The notes beneath the pieces were generated by a model that saw only the letters and a program-made list of their open reading frames with translations, searched no databases and had not been told where the DNA came from. DNA of 64,000 bases from the human T2T-CHM13v2.0 reference genome, Homo sapiens: the NCBI RefSeq assembly GCF_009914755.1, contig NC_060931.1, one strand, 5' to 3'. The translations under genes and the position numbers were made by a program. This document shows, in pieces, positions 1 to 13,342 of this stretch (within the stretch, counting starts at the first letter, position 1; each line of letters opens with the position of its first letter).

Positions 1-1119
1 ATGGTGGCGTGCCCCACTGGTGTGATGATGTAGAGGAATGACACTTGTGACTTCAGGCACTTTTCATCCAAAGAGAGAGCTGGAAAAAACACAGCTCCTC
101 CCCCTCAGAGCATAGACAACATGTTTGCCTATAAATACACGTGCACATAAAGTCTGTTATCAAGAGCAGAGGATGGGATGACAGCGGCTGGGGGCTCCGA
201 GGAGGTGGCCACCTCTTGGGACTGCAGGGCTCTCACTGGAGTGGTCGCTGCAGGTCAAAGGCCCAGTGTTCCAGATGCTTCCACGGATGCAGCCCAAGCG
301 CACACCAATCGCACCTCCTCCTCCAGGCTGGCTCCCCCAAGGCCAGCATCTGCCCCAGACTTAGCTTATGACTCCACAAAGGCGATTTATAGCTGTGCAG
401 CCTCAGGCTTAGTGCATTGACCCTCTGTAGATTACTGACGACAAAGTATTGGGCTGTGATACCAGGCAGATCTTTTTCACTTTGCCTCCACAGCAGTCTA
501 AAATTGACCAGTAGATTTAACTGAAGTTCTTTTCAAAAGAGCATGTAATCTGTGTCGGTCGGGTTTTAAACACTGGGGCCAGGATATTGGGTGGGATATG
601 TTCTTTTGACTTTCATGCCTTCTGCATGTCTTGGGCATGGAGCTCTGGCTCTGGAAACGTGTGCAGTGCTGCCCGCCTTGGGCCCTTCGCGATCTGAGAA
701 ATGTGAGCGTGCTTTGTCCCCAACAGGCTCCACAGCCAGAGGCTTCGGCAGCAGGTGAAATCCACTGCTCCTTTTTAGCTGGGCATTTGGAGATCAGAGC
801 CTGGGGAGTGAGCGTTGGCCTCGGGGGACACCTGAGATAGCCTTGCGAGGTCTGCTTTCCTGAAGATGATGAGAGGAAAGCAAAGCCCTTGATGGGAGGA
901 TATTTAATTTAAGGCGACAAAAATTTGTCATATTCCATTTTTAAAGACATCGTGCCTAAGTAATAAGACTTCAAAGTTGAGTGAGTCAGACTTTACCCTT
1001 GGGGAGTGGTGGATGCTGTGATGTGTCACCCGGATTGTCCAGAATAAAGAGCTGGTCCCCCAGCAGACAGCTCTCAGCTGCTGGCTCCCTCTGGGATTGC
1101 CTGGGCTGCAGAGAGCCAA

Positions 1120-1179
1120 CCCTAACCCTAACCCTAACCCTAACCCTAACCCTAACCCTAACCCTAACCCTAACCCTAA
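1120..1179 (-). repeat. Short interstitial telomeric sequence, 10 perfect (CCCTAA) units, i.e. (TTAGGG)10 on minus strand
   Basis: Direct reading: aac-(ccctaa)x10-ccc in otherwise unique flanks; no degenerate subtelomeric variants nearby. Confidence 0.97.
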
Positions 1180-2645
1180 CCCCCACCCCTCGCCACCCCC
1201 ACTTCCTGAAGTCAGTGACTAGTTGAAGTGTGGGGAAAAGGGGCAGTAAGATCACCGCCTCCTGCTTCAACCTGGACAATTCTAAAATGCTGTCTCTGCC
1301 TCCATGCCTGCCTCGCAGCATCGGCTGAGGTCTCCATTCAGACTGCGTCACAGCCACAGGCAACTTCTCCCTTGGCCCAGTGGGGCCCCTTTCCCTTCTC
1401 TTCCTTTCCCCTTCCCTTCCTGCAAATCCCAAGAGCAGCCCCCAGTATACCCCCTGTAAGCTCATCTCCACTCAGAGTTGGCTTCCTGGAACCTTTCTGA
1501 CATAGGAGCTCACAGTTTTGCAAAGGAGGCAGATGCAGCCAGGTGATGGCGGCACAGCCAGCAGCCCAGAGGTGTGCACACCTGGAGCATGGGAGAATCC
1601 AGAGGGGCTTCCATGGGCATCGGAGCCTCCACTCTGGGGTCACATTAATGCTGAAGCTTTAAGGACCTCTGAGGATGTAGGAGTTTCCCAGATGGCCTTG
1701 TACAGAGAGGCAAAGACACAGACGGGTGGGGCTAGAGGAAGCTGAGCGCTGTAGCCAGAGAGTGGGGATGGTGGTGAGGGAAGGTGGAGAGATGAGCAGG
1801 AGGTGGAGTTTGGGGACAGGTTGTCAAGAGCCTGAGTGCAGCTCAGGAGTGGCAATTTTGCTCTGTAGCCGGGGGTGGGGGGCAGCTGGGAGTAGGAAGG
1901 AATTCAAGCATAGAGCATGATGAGCATCTTAAGTAAGAAAGACCATTCAGATCACGCAGTTCACAGCCTGGGGGATGGGAAGCAAGGTCTCCACTGATGG
2001 CTGGAAGCCTCAGTTTCTCCTCTCTGCCTATTTAAATGCTCCTGGGCCTTTAGGATCCCATCTCCCTTGCATGGATTTCTCCCTTCCTAAACTCCACCAG
2101 ACCTCCTGGTGTGCAGTACACAGCCCGGCTCGCAGAATCCTGTGTGTCCACAGCCCATCCTGTGGCATTGCCGGCAGTCCCTGTAGATTCCTCAACCACA
2201 GGCTGTGCCATCTTTGGGGCTGCCTGTACTGTGTGGATAGATCCAATCTGACGTTGGCTTCCTTTAATCACGATAAGGAAGATGCTTCAAGAAACCAAGA
2301 TACAGAAGCTGGCAGCCTGTGGGGTGCTCTTGATATGCCATGGAGTGCGGCGCTCGGCCCCGGCTGAAGTGGGGACCTTCAGGTGTCTGAGCAGCACCCT
2401 GTCCTGAGGTGCTGGAGCTTGGGCACAGGGCCACGGGCAGAGGGAAGCCTGGCCACCTTTCCAGTAATGGCAAATAGGCATTTTCAGACAACCAAAGATG
2501 CGAGGTGGACACCAAGGACAACTTCCTTTTGCCTTTTTGTGGAATACAAAGGGTGCATTTCTCCCTGATTTATTACTTTTCTCTGGGCAGAAAATGTCCA
2601 CCTTGGAGAAATCCAGTTACAGCTTTCTTTGTCTCTAATCTGTAC

Positions 2646-3077
2646 TGTTAGAGCGAACTAAATGTGTCCTGAAAAGGACTCTGTGCTGCTGTATTTGAGT
2701 CCTTGTGGACAAACTGCAACCTAACTTAATAGGTAGACAAGATTGAAACCCTAACTTAGGAGTGTGTGCCTGTCACAATCACCGAGTCTTGCTCAATCGG
2801 AGCAGCCACACTTCAACCAGTCATTCCCTGCCGAGTGCTCGGACTGTGTCCAAATAAGCCAAATGCCGAGCTGTAACCAGTCCAGCTGCTTCTGTCCCTC
2901 ACCTCCGATTTCTGTAGGTCACTTTACTTTTTTGGTCTGTAAGTTTGTTCTGACCACGAGGCACCCCTGGAGTCTCTCTGAATCTGCTGTGATTCTGGGG
3001 GCTGCCCGATTCATGAATTATTCATTGCTCAATTAAACTCCTTTAAATTTAATTTGGCTGAAGTTTTTCTTTTAACA
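2646..3077 (+). mobile_element. Solo ERV1 LTR, MER57-like
   Basis: TG...CA termini (tgttagagcgaactaaat ... cttttaaca), perfect 4-bp TSD GTAC (2642-2645 / 3078-3081), MER57-like motif gagtccttgtgga...ggtagacaagattgaaa. Confidence 0.85.
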
Positions 3078-3394
3078 GTACCCACAAGAAAGAACAAGTA
3101 AGCAGGATTCCTGCCAGTGGGAGCAAAGCTCAGGGACGTGTGGGTGCTTTGTGTACTTCCTGAGCGCAGTGTAGGGCCTGTCCCGGGAGAATGCTGGTAC
3201 CTGGGCTGGGCCTTGCTTCAGAGCCAGGGTCAGATGGTGAGGCCCACTTGCTCCTGAAGATGAGAAAAGGATGACAAAGAAGCACCATGCGCTTCAGTCC
3301 CCTTTAGGAGCTTCCCCAAGTAGCAACCATTACATGATTTATTAGTCCTTCAGATATTAGTAGAGGACCTGTTATCTGCCTGCACTGGACTTTG

Positions 3395-3761
3395 CTGTGG
3401 CTGCCATATCAAAGCACCACAATCTGGATGCTTTAATTTAACAACAGAGATTTCTTGCCTTGCAGCTCCTGATGCTCAAGACCAGGCTGTGGGCAGGGCT
3501 GGTTCCTTCTGAGGCCTCTCTCCTTGGCTTGTAGATGCCGTCATCGTCTCTACCTGACACCCTCCCTGCTGGGTGTCTGTGTCCAGACGCCCCCATTTTA
3601 TAAGGACTCCAGTCATATTGGAGTAGGGCCTGCCCTTACTGCCCGTATTTTAACTTCTGCAAAGACCATGTGTACAAATAAGTTCGCATCCTGAGGTGCT
3701 GGGGGTTAGGACTTCAGCATATGAATTTTGGGGGCTGGGGGGACACAGTTTAACCTGTAAT
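3395..3761 (-). mobile_element. MaLR LTR, MLT1A/B-like
   Basis: Typical motifs gggctggttccttctgaggcctctctccttggcttgtagatg; tataaggac..cagtcatattgga; ctgaggtgctgggggttaggacttca. Confidence 0.8.
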
Positions 3762-4235
3762 GGTTGACAAGGTCTGATGTTCTTTTCCCTTTTACTGTGT
3801 GTCTCTCTCTGCCAGGCTGCATCACTCCGCCCCAGCACTATTCCGTGGGGTGGCCTCTCCCTGCCACTGCTCAGAAGGTGGTTTCAGCTCCCCGCTCCCC
3901 CTCCAGCCACCACTCCATGTTTTCCACTCGCACGTTCTTTTATGTTTGTTATTTTATTTGTGTCCTGAAAAACGGCCACCAGGTTCCCCAAGTTGTCATC
4001 ACTCTATTCACTTGTACACTGGGGAGGGGTGGAGAGAGGGACAGATGATTGCGGGGGCGGGGGGCAGGTTTATGGGGACGGACAGACACACACAGACATA
4101 CACACAGTAAAGGGGAAAAGGACATCACCTTTACCTTGGTCTATGTCTATATTTATCTACATCTGTGCCTATGCCGACGTCTATATTTATATCTGTATTT
4201 ATGTGTACATCTAGAGCTCTGTCTATATTGACATG

Positions 4236-4598
4236 TGTATTAGTCTGTTTTCACACTGCTGATAAAGACATACCTGAGACTGGGTAATTTGTCAAGAAGA
4301 AGCGGTTTAACAGATTCACAGTTCCCTGTGGGTGGGAGGTCCTCACAGTCATGGTGGAAGGTGAAAGGCACATCTTACATGGCAGCAGGCAAGAGAGACA
4401 GTGAGCGCCAAGCAAAAGGGGTTTCCTTTTATAAAACCATCAGATCTCGTGAGACTCATTCACTACCAAGAGAACAGAATGGGGGAACCACCCCCATGAT
4501 TCAGTTATCTCCCACTGGGTCCTTCCCACAGCAGGAGGGAATTCTGGGAGCTACAATTCAAGGTGAGATTTGAGTAGGGACACAGCCAGCCCATATCA
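4236..4598 (-). mobile_element. MaLR LTR, THE1 family
   Basis: tgtattagtctgttttcacactgctgataaagacatacc ... ccatatca; near-perfect 5-bp TSD acatg/acatc. Confidence 0.9.
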
Positions 4599-7249
4599 AC
4601 ATCAATGTCTCTCATGTCTATATGTATATAATTTGTAAAAGTGACAGCAGACCTCCTGAGACCGTGTGAGTGTGGATTTCATTCCCTAACCAGCTCAGTG
4701 TCAGGGGTGACATGCTGGGGAGAGGGACATGGAGCAGGTGTGACCGGCAGTACTCTGGTGGGGTGGTTTTGTGTGACCTGTGGATCCGTCTCCCTCCCTG
4801 CAGACACCTGCCCACCCCAGCCCATGGCCTCCAGTGTCTCCACACCATCTCTTCCCTGCACCTTCTCTTGGTGAGGAGCTGGAGGTGCAGTGCCCAGTGG
4901 CCCTGTCCTGAACCAGGACTCCAGCTGCCTCTCTTGTGTCCTTTCCTAAATGAAAAAACTTTCTCAGTCATGCTTGGAGCTAATAACTTTTTCTCAGGTG
5001 GGAAAATGTAAAATACGTCTGACATTTGCAGTTCTAGTATGCGCTGCATGAAACGCGGTCAGATTGTGTTTCCCCCTCCATGCCTGTCTCAGGGCTGGGC
5101 CCCTAGCAGGGACCCGGAGAGGACTCAGTGCCTTCCTGGGCAATTTTTTCCGCATGGGAGAGTGACTTCTGGGGCAAAAGGGCAGGAGGCTGTGTGGCTT
5201 TAGGAATATGTTTGCAAAGGTTCTTTTTGCAGTCTGGAAACCATCTGGCAGTGTCACCTGGACTGTTTTTAAAAAACGAAATCACCTGTCCAAACGTTCT
5301 AGTTTAGAGCTGCAGAAGCTGTTTTGGTTTCAGGCTGTTTTGCAGGATGATTTATTTAGAACAGAGCCTGTAAGAACCAGCTCTGTGCAGCTGGAGCAGG
5401 CCTGGGCCACATGTAGGAACTAAATCACCCTGGTTTACTCGGCTCTCTCCTCTGTAGTGGAGCCACTGCCCCTTGGGCCCTGGGGCCTCGTGCCTCATCA
5501 GAGAAGCTCAAAGTGTTTGCGTTTCTGACCTGAGCAGCTCTGAAACAAGAGAACGCTGCAGCTCCCCTGTAGAACTATATGCTTCCAGAGTGTTCTGTTG
5601 GGAACCTCTGAAGCGACTCTCACAGCTAACAGCTAATGTATGCAAGGATCCTCCTGGGCCTGTCCCCTTCCTCACCATGAGGTACATCAGATTCAGGAAA
5701 GATAATCACGTCTGGCTGCGTCACTCTCAGAACGACTCCACTGTGGCCTCCCACTGTCACTGCCTCCCCATACCCCCCAGCCACTGCTCCGTGTTTCCAC
5801 TCCGCCTGCTTTTGGGTTTATTTTATTTGTGTCCCTAAAAATGGCCACCAGGTTCCCTGAATCGTCATCACTCTGTTCACTTCTACGCTTGGAGAGGGGT
5901 GGAGAGGTGGATGGATGTGTGGTTGGGGAGGGCAGGGCTGTGGGGGTCAGGGAGCGAGGGGGCCCATCTGTCCTGTGGGACCTGAAAGCAGGGCTGACGG
6001 GTATGGAGAAGGCGTCCGAGGCTCATGGGGGCTGTAGGATTTGGCCTAGGCTGAATCTGGGCCCCCGGGTAGCTGGGTGATGCCAGGGCTCTGTGAGGGA
6101 TGGTGCTGGGAGTGGAGGGCAGGGCAGTGTGGGGCAGCTGAGCAGGCGATCAGAGCAGGTTGGGTGCCAAGCCCGTGGGCACTCCTGTAGGGAGTGGAGG
6201 GCTGGGCACACTCCTGGGAGAGCTACATGCCCACACGTTTCCGGGGGAAGCGGGCCTTGGAAACTGTGGGCAGGTTGGTGAGTTTGTGGTGAAGGGATGA
6301 AGGATGGGCTCAGGGATCTGACGGCAGGGTGTGTGCTGGGTGAGGTGGAGGAAGGGAGAGGATGCCTCTCAGCTTTGCCCTGCCCGTGTGGTGTGTGGCC
6401 GGCGCTGGTCTCGAGGGTCCTCAGGCCTGAGGTGGCCGTGGGGTAGGTCTGTGTGTCACACATGCAGCACTGGGGCCTGGCCCAGGTGCTTGAATATTCC
6501 AGGAGGTCGCATCTGAACCAGAGGTGGGCGTCTCTGTTCCAAAATAGAATCCCTGCTGCATCCGCTGGGGCGGCCGTCACACCCGAGGGAAGACTTTCCG
6601 TCCCATTACGGATGATATGGGGTGAGCCCCACACCATCCCGCTCAGGCCGCATGCCGCCCGCCATTCCGAGCCGTGTCCCGTCCTCTGTGTCGCCTCTCC
6701 CAGGGCTTTCCTTCCGCACCTGCCTGTCACCTGTTCACTGCAGCACCTCGTTAGGTGAGTAGCAGGCCAGGGTGACAGACGATGGCGGCGCTGACCTTAT
6801 GAAGTTGGCGTTACGACAGACAGGACGGGCGACCTTTGTAAAGCAGCCTGGCTGGGAGCTTGGCTTTGGCTTGTCAATTCCCGTGGGCGTGTGCTGTGGC
6901 GGCGAAGAACGTGTGGGCATTCTGACCGTGCCATGACCAAAACCACACCGCCTACGGCCTGCGGTGGCAACAAGAAATCCGAGGTCGCGGAGACCACTGG
7001 CCCGCTCTGGCCTGCGGGCTGGCAGTAGAACTGGAAGGCACCTGGCAGTTCTTGCTTTATGTGACAGATATGAGTTCCCAGGAGGCCACAGGGATCAGCA
7101 TGGATCCTGTCATGGAGAATAATGGCACTCATAGACGTGTCCTTCTATATTTTCCACTATCTATCAACATAATATTTTCAATAATTAGATAGATAATAAC
7201 ATACATTGAAGTGATATTAAAAACATATAACCTGCAGTGTGGGGCTGAG

Positions 7250-7455
7250 TAGGAGTTCTGGGAGACTGAGACCCAGTCCCAGCTCTGTTTCTTGCCAGGC
7301 AGGAGATCTTTGGCAGGTTACGTTACCTCCTGTGTGCCTCAGTTTCTTCTCCTGTAAAATGGAGACGATAATGGTATGTACATTATATGATTCTTGTGAG
7401 AATTAAATGAGTTTCCATGCTCAGCAGTGCCTGGCTCACTATAAATGCTTAATAA
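7250..7455 (+). mobile_element. MIR SINE
   Basis: Core gcctcagtttcttctcctgtaaaatggaga and 3' gtgagaattaaatgag...gtgcctggc. Confidence 0.75.
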
Positions 7456-8683
7456 CTTTTGGTTTAAGATGTTCCCTATAAAATGGAAGAGAGAAGAAAT
7501 ATGTGTGCAGCTTCCTTTACCTTCATAGGTCTGTAGGGCTTGCGAGAGAGACACAAATGATGTCTTTCTTTCTGAGAAGATGGTGGTGTTGATTGGCGGT
7601 GGTTGAAGGAAAGAGGCACAGGGAAAGGAATGGGGAGCAGAAGCAGGGAAGGGTCATTGTGACGACATCACTAAGACAATGGTGTTGAAAAGGAGCTGAT
7701 ACTGCAACTTCTTGAGGCTCAAACTTGATGCCTGCGGAGCAGAGATGGGGCCAAGCCTTCTCTTCACATAACTCCTGTGCTCTCAGGCTAGCACAGCCTG
7801 CCTGATGGTTCCACCATCTCTCTTTATGTCTCCTCATCACATCAAACCTACTCGCAAAGAGAAAGCCTTGTGTGGTTCCTGGCGCCAAAGCTTCCTGAAG
7901 ATGATGTGACTTGTTGTCAGGCAAGCAGCTTGATAGGGAGAAGCCAGTCCCCCTGGGCAGTGCAGGAAAACCTGAGAGAGCTGCGGAGACCAAAAGAACA
8001 GGAGGGACTTCCTAGCGGGCGGGTGGGCAGGTGGGGGTTACTGCACCCCACGAGCTGCAGCTCACTGTCCTGTGCTGTGGGCCAGCCCGCATGCGTGGGT
8101 GCCAGAGGATTCCAAGGCTTTGGAGAAAACCTCCTAAAGAGAGGAGAGCTGCTGCCACCATCGGATCCAGACACTTTCACTGGGTGCCCGTTTGCGAGGT
8201 GCTCACGGTGGGGAACGAGATTTCACATTGTTTTCTGAAATGAACGCTCATACCTCCAATTAAACCTTACTTGTTTAGTTTTCAATAAGAAACGCCTAGA
8301 CCCATAATCTAAGATATTTTTAAGCTAGCAAGATAATGTATTCAGTTTATATAAAGGTAATTTCATTCTCAAGAGATTGGTTAGGTCATAGTTACTGATT
8401 TAATTGTAACAAGGTTGGCAAGTGAATTCAATTTTCCATGGCAAACATTGTTCATAACTCTCAGAGAACTATGTGATCTGCTGTAACAGACATATTCTAA
8501 CATATACAATTTCTTATCACTAACGTTTAAGGGAAGCATGAGTTGATGTAGATTGAAGGTCATGGGGAGGTAACGAGGACAAGCTCCCTGAGGATGGAGG
8601 CTGCATATCCTCTGTAGGATTACACTCATCGGACACAGAGCGTGTTAGTTACACTCATCGGACACAGAGCGTGTTCAATGTAA

Positions 8684-8978
<295 letters not shown>

Positions 8979-9149
8979 TCAATTTAATCTTAAAGGAAAC
9001 CTGTCCCCTTTGGCAGACAGAATGTTTTGTTTTGCCACAGTGCATGTTGCTATAACTTGAATTAACCATATGCAAGTGGCAAATAGGAGAATGTTTTCAG
9101 TGTAATGCAGAAATTACATTTTCACAGGTGATTTTTTCCTAACAAACTA

Positions 9150-10305
9150 GTAAAAGAAGAGCAAATGGAACTCAGTAAGTAGAAGAAAGGAATAATAAAG
9201 ATAAGAGCAGAAATCAGTGAAATAGAGAGAAGATCAACAGTAGAGAAAATCAATGAAGCCAAAAGTTGGTTCTTGGAAAAGATCAACACAGTTGATACAT
9301 CACTGGCATGACTGTTTGGGGAATGAAGAGATAAAGCTCACGTTACCGCTGTCAGAACAAGAGGGAATATCCTACAGGTTCAGCAGACATTACAAAGATA
9401 ATAAGAGAATATTGTGAACAATTTTATGCCAAAAGATTCTACAATTTAGATAAAATTGAAAAATTCCTTGGAAGACACAAACTATCAGAACTGACTCAGG
9501 AAGGATTAGATCTACTGAATATTCCTGAGTCTGTTAAACAATTGAATTTGTAATTAACAGTCTTCACATAAAGAAAACTATAGCTCAATTCGTGAATTGT
9601 ACCAAAATGTAAAGAAGAAATGATATGAATTCTACACAAACTCGTAAAACTGAAGAGGAGGGAACAGCTGCCGGTTCACTCTATAAGGCCAGCATTACAA
9701 GCATTGCATGGATTCCTACGCCAGAAAGAGGCTTCACGAGAAACTGGAGCTGCCGGTCATTATCCATCATGAACCCAGAGGCACATATGCTTTCAAATGT
9801 TAGTAACGCGAATCTACAAATATATAAAAATTGTATATTTATCTAGTTATATGTTAATTATATGTATAAATTTATATATCCCCACCATGACCATGATGGT
9901 TAATTTTAGATGTTCTCTTGACTGGGTTAGGGGACGCCCAGTTCGCTGGTGAAGCACGATTTCTGGGTGTGCCTGTGAAGGTTTGCAGAAGAGATTAGCC
10001 TTTGGATCAGTGGGCTGAGTAAGGAAGACCCACCTCACCAATGTGGGAGGCGCCATCCAATCTGACGGAGGACCTGGGTAGAAGCAGGGCCAATTTATCC
10101 CCTATTCTGGCTTTGGACGTCAGAACGGCAGGTTCTCCAGCCTTTGGACTCTGAGGTTTACACCAGCAACCACTCCTCTTCCCCTCAGGCCTTAGGACTC
10201 AGACTGAATTATATCACCTACTTTCCTGGTGTCTAGCTTTCAGATGGCATAGTGTGGGACTTCTCGGTCTCCATAATTTCGTGAGCTAATTCCCGTAGCA
10301 AATCC

Positions 10306-10337
<32 letters not shown>

Positions 10338-10680
10338 CTATCTGATCTACCTATCAGCTGTTATCTGTCATCTATCATTTCTATCAATCATGTATCATCT
10401 ATTACCTATCATCTATCAATTATCTATCAATCATCTATCTATTGATCGATCGATCTATTGATTGATCAATTGCTCTCTCTTTTCATTCTGTTTCTCTGGA
10501 GAACCCTAATACCACAACCAAGAGGAGTTTATCCCAGGAATGTAAAGTTGGTTTAACATTCAAAAATCAGTGTAACTCACCATATTCACAAATTAAAAAA
10601 TAAAAAAATATGATGATCTCAATGATGCAGAAAGAATATTTGAGGAAATCCGATTATCTGTTTCTGAGGAAAACCTTCAG
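9150..10680 (+). mobile_element. Old L1M ORF2-region fragment, split by an MLT2 LTR
   Basis: aaatcaatgaagccaaaagttggttcttggaaaagatcaac; resumes after the LTR with tttatcccaggaatgtaaagttggtttaacattcaaaaatca. Confidence 0.8.
9892..10511 (+). mobile_element. ERVL LTR, MLT2B/C/D-like, with internal (TCTA)n expansion (~10305-10470)
   Basis: 5' gatggttaattttagatgt...cttgactggg; 3' ttctgtttctctggagaaccctaatac. Confidence 0.85.
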
Positions 10681-10682
10681 AA

Positions 10683-10895
10683 CTGTTCTCTGGGCTGCGG
10701 TGACTGTTCCCTCCCTCACCCCTTCTGACTGGGGATGATAAGATTCTCCACTGATACTGGCTCTGACAGCCTCGCCGTCTTTTCTTGATGTCTCATAACC
10801 CTGCCCGCACCTTTAGGAATATTCCCTCTGTTAAACTCTTCAATCTCCCCCTTTGAGTGTGCCATTTATTTCCTTCTGGGACCCCGACTGATACA
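10683..10895 (+). mobile_element. ERVL LTR 3' part, LTR33/LTR41-like
   Basis: 3' end tttgagtgtgccatttatttccttctgggaccccgactgataca. Confidence 0.6.
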
Positions 10896-12049
10896 GTCTA
10901 TCTTGAAATAATTTATAAAATCAGAACTACACTACATATTTAGGAATGTGCTTAGTGAATCTCTATTTGATAAATCACAATAGCATTACATATATTTCTG
11001 AAATTGTATGCACAGTGCATCCTGTTTATTCAGGGTTCAATCGATGCTTGGGTTAGGTTCCTTGTAATTATTTCTCAGGCTCCACCAGAGATCGAAAGCC
11101 GTGAGCCTAGGAATCCATCTGATGGATCACTGGAGATCGGAGTGGAGAAGCACAATTACTGTAGCCTTGAAGATGACTTGGGACTCAAGTCGTGGTCCCC
11201 AGCCTGGCCGGTGAGCAGAATCACCGAGCCCTTTAAAAACGGGGATTCCCAGGCTTCACCCCGTCCCTTCAGAGTTTCGCCCTGGCTGTTCTGAGGACCG
11301 ACATGTTTGAGATCAAAGATTTAAGTGACTGAGAGTCTCCTACAGGGAATGGGGAGTTTGGTTCATCAAAGTTTGACTTTTGAAAACAAAGGTCAGCACT
11401 GGGAACGAAGAGTTCATTTACGGCAAAGCTAAAGTTGGTCAGGCAGCATCAGGGCTCAGGTAGCTCCAGCCTTTTTTCCCTTCCTGGATACGTGGAAGAC
11501 TATTTTCCAGCCCCATGGAGGTGACAGATTCTGGCCAATGGACTGGAAGCGGAAGTGACTGTGTCACCCAGGGGGAAGCAGGAAAAACTGGTGTGCTATT
11601 CTTTATGCTCCCCTCCCTCCTGCAGTTAGCCTGGAAGTCACATTCAGAGGGAAGGACCACCAGACCCAAGCGATTTGTGTCGTGAGCAGTCACCTGCAGT
11701 ACAGCGCCAGGACAGTCTCCCAGACACAGTGGGCTCCGCGTGAGCACAAGATAAACCTCAATGGACAGTCCAGAACTGATGATCATCCCAGCAAAACCCA
11801 GCTTAGCTCAGCTGATTTGCCATTATCGAGATATTGCTCAACTAATATGAATTATAATCCAAAAAAATGATATAGCGTCATGGGAAAATGCTTATAATAC
11901 AAGGTTAAGTGAGAAAATCAGGCTACAACATTGCTTGCGTTTGATGTATGCTTACATAAAAATACACATGCACTTGGACCCATGCTGGATAGGAATATAC
12001 AAAAATGAAAATACTTGTATTAAACTGATGGGAATTATGAGTTTTTAAA

Positions 12050-12428
12050 TTTTAAATTTAACTTCATTTAATTTTACTTTAAGTTCTGGGATACATGTGC
12101 AGTACGTGCAGGTTTGTTACATAGATATACATGTGCCATGGTGGTTTGCTGCACCTATCAACTCGTCATCTAGGTTTTAATTCCCACATGCATTAGGTAT
12201 TTGTCCTAATGCTCTCCTCCTCTTGCCTCCCACCTTCTGACAGGCCCCGGTGTGTGATGTTCCCCTCCCTGTGTCCATGTGTTCTCATTGTTCAACTCCC
12301 ACTTATGAGTGAGAACATGTGGTGTTTGGTTTTCTGTTCCTGCATTAGTTTGCTGAGAATGACGGTTTCCAGCTTCATCCTTGTCCCTGCAAAGGACGTG
12401 AACTCATTCTTTTTTATGGCTGCATAGT
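12050..12428 (-). mobile_element. 5'-truncated L1PA (about L1PA7/8) 3' end
   Basis: ttttactttaagttctgggatacatgtgcag...gtggtttgctgcacc; TSD-like gggaattatgagtttttaaa / ggtaattatgagttattaaa. Confidence 0.88.
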
Positions 12429-12863
12429 GGTAATTATGAGTTATTAAAGAGAAAATAATTTTGCCTTTGAAATCTTTGAAATGTTTATAACAGTTTCCTC
12501 CTCTTCTTACTTTTTTCTTTTCTCCACCTCCTCTGCCTTTTCAAAACACATTTTTCTAAACTGGGGAGCAGGCATTGCTTCTTGACAGTGTCGAGAAGAG
12601 CACGGGTACTCTGCTCCCATGTGAAGAGACGGCACAGGGGAGGGGACGCCAGGCAGCCTGTGCCACCAGAGCTGCATCGCAGCCGCCCTGGAGTGAGGGC
12701 ATTTGGATGTCATGAAGTTCTTTGAGGATTTGAATGAGATTCTTGGAAAGTAAACTTAGACTTCAGATTGGTTATTTTTATGCTGTTCATGTTTTCCATA
12801 ATTATCATTTTTGCCTTTCATTAGTTTTTAGCTATGTTCCATCAGAAAATAATTAGCCTAAGG

Positions 12864-13058
12864 CAGTGGTTCTCAACTAGGGACAGTTCTGCTTCCCAGG
12901 AGACATTTAACTCATGTCTGGGGACAGTTTTGATGGTGTGACTGGCATTTAGTGGGCGGAGGCCAGGGACCTGCTGGATGTCCTATGACGCACGGGATGG
13001 CCCCACACAAGGAATTTCAGGGCTCCAGTGTCAGCAAGGCCTGCAGTGAGGCACGCTG
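12864..13058 (+). mobile_element. MER20 (hAT-Charlie DNA transposon relic)
   Basis: cagtggttctcaac start, actggcatttagtgggcggaggccaggga core; degenerate 8-bp TSD gcctaagg/gtctaaga. Confidence 0.8.
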
Positions 13059-13175
13059 GTCTAAGAGAAAAGAAGAAAAGGTTCTTTGTTTTTTTCTCTT
13101 CCTGCATCACAGCTTTGTAGGAGGAGCAGGGTGTTTCTACTCCGATAACTGATAGCCTTGGAAAATCAAAATCTA

Positions 13176-13342
13176 GGCCGGGTGCAGTGGCTAACACCTA
13201 TAATCCTCATGCTTTGGGAGGCCAAGGCGGGAGGATTGCTTGAACCCAGGAGTTCGAGGCTGCAGTGAGCTATGATTTCAGCATTGCACTCCAGCCTGGG
13301 GGACAGAGAGACTCTGTCCCTAAAAATACATACATACATACA
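13176..13342 (+). mobile_element. Monomeric Alu (FRAM/FAM-like) with (TACA)n tail
   Basis: Single arm ggccgggtgcagtggct...gaggctgcagtgagctatgat...gactctgtc. Confidence 0.8.

Noticed and set aside
1118-1182. Chromosome end or ancestral fusion site
   Set aside because: Only 60 bp in a single orientation, with no head-to-head array or TAR1-like subtelomeric sequence.
981-1471. ORFs with (LT)n / (VR)n dipeptides
   Set aside because: Translation of the telomeric hexamer; no evidence of expression.
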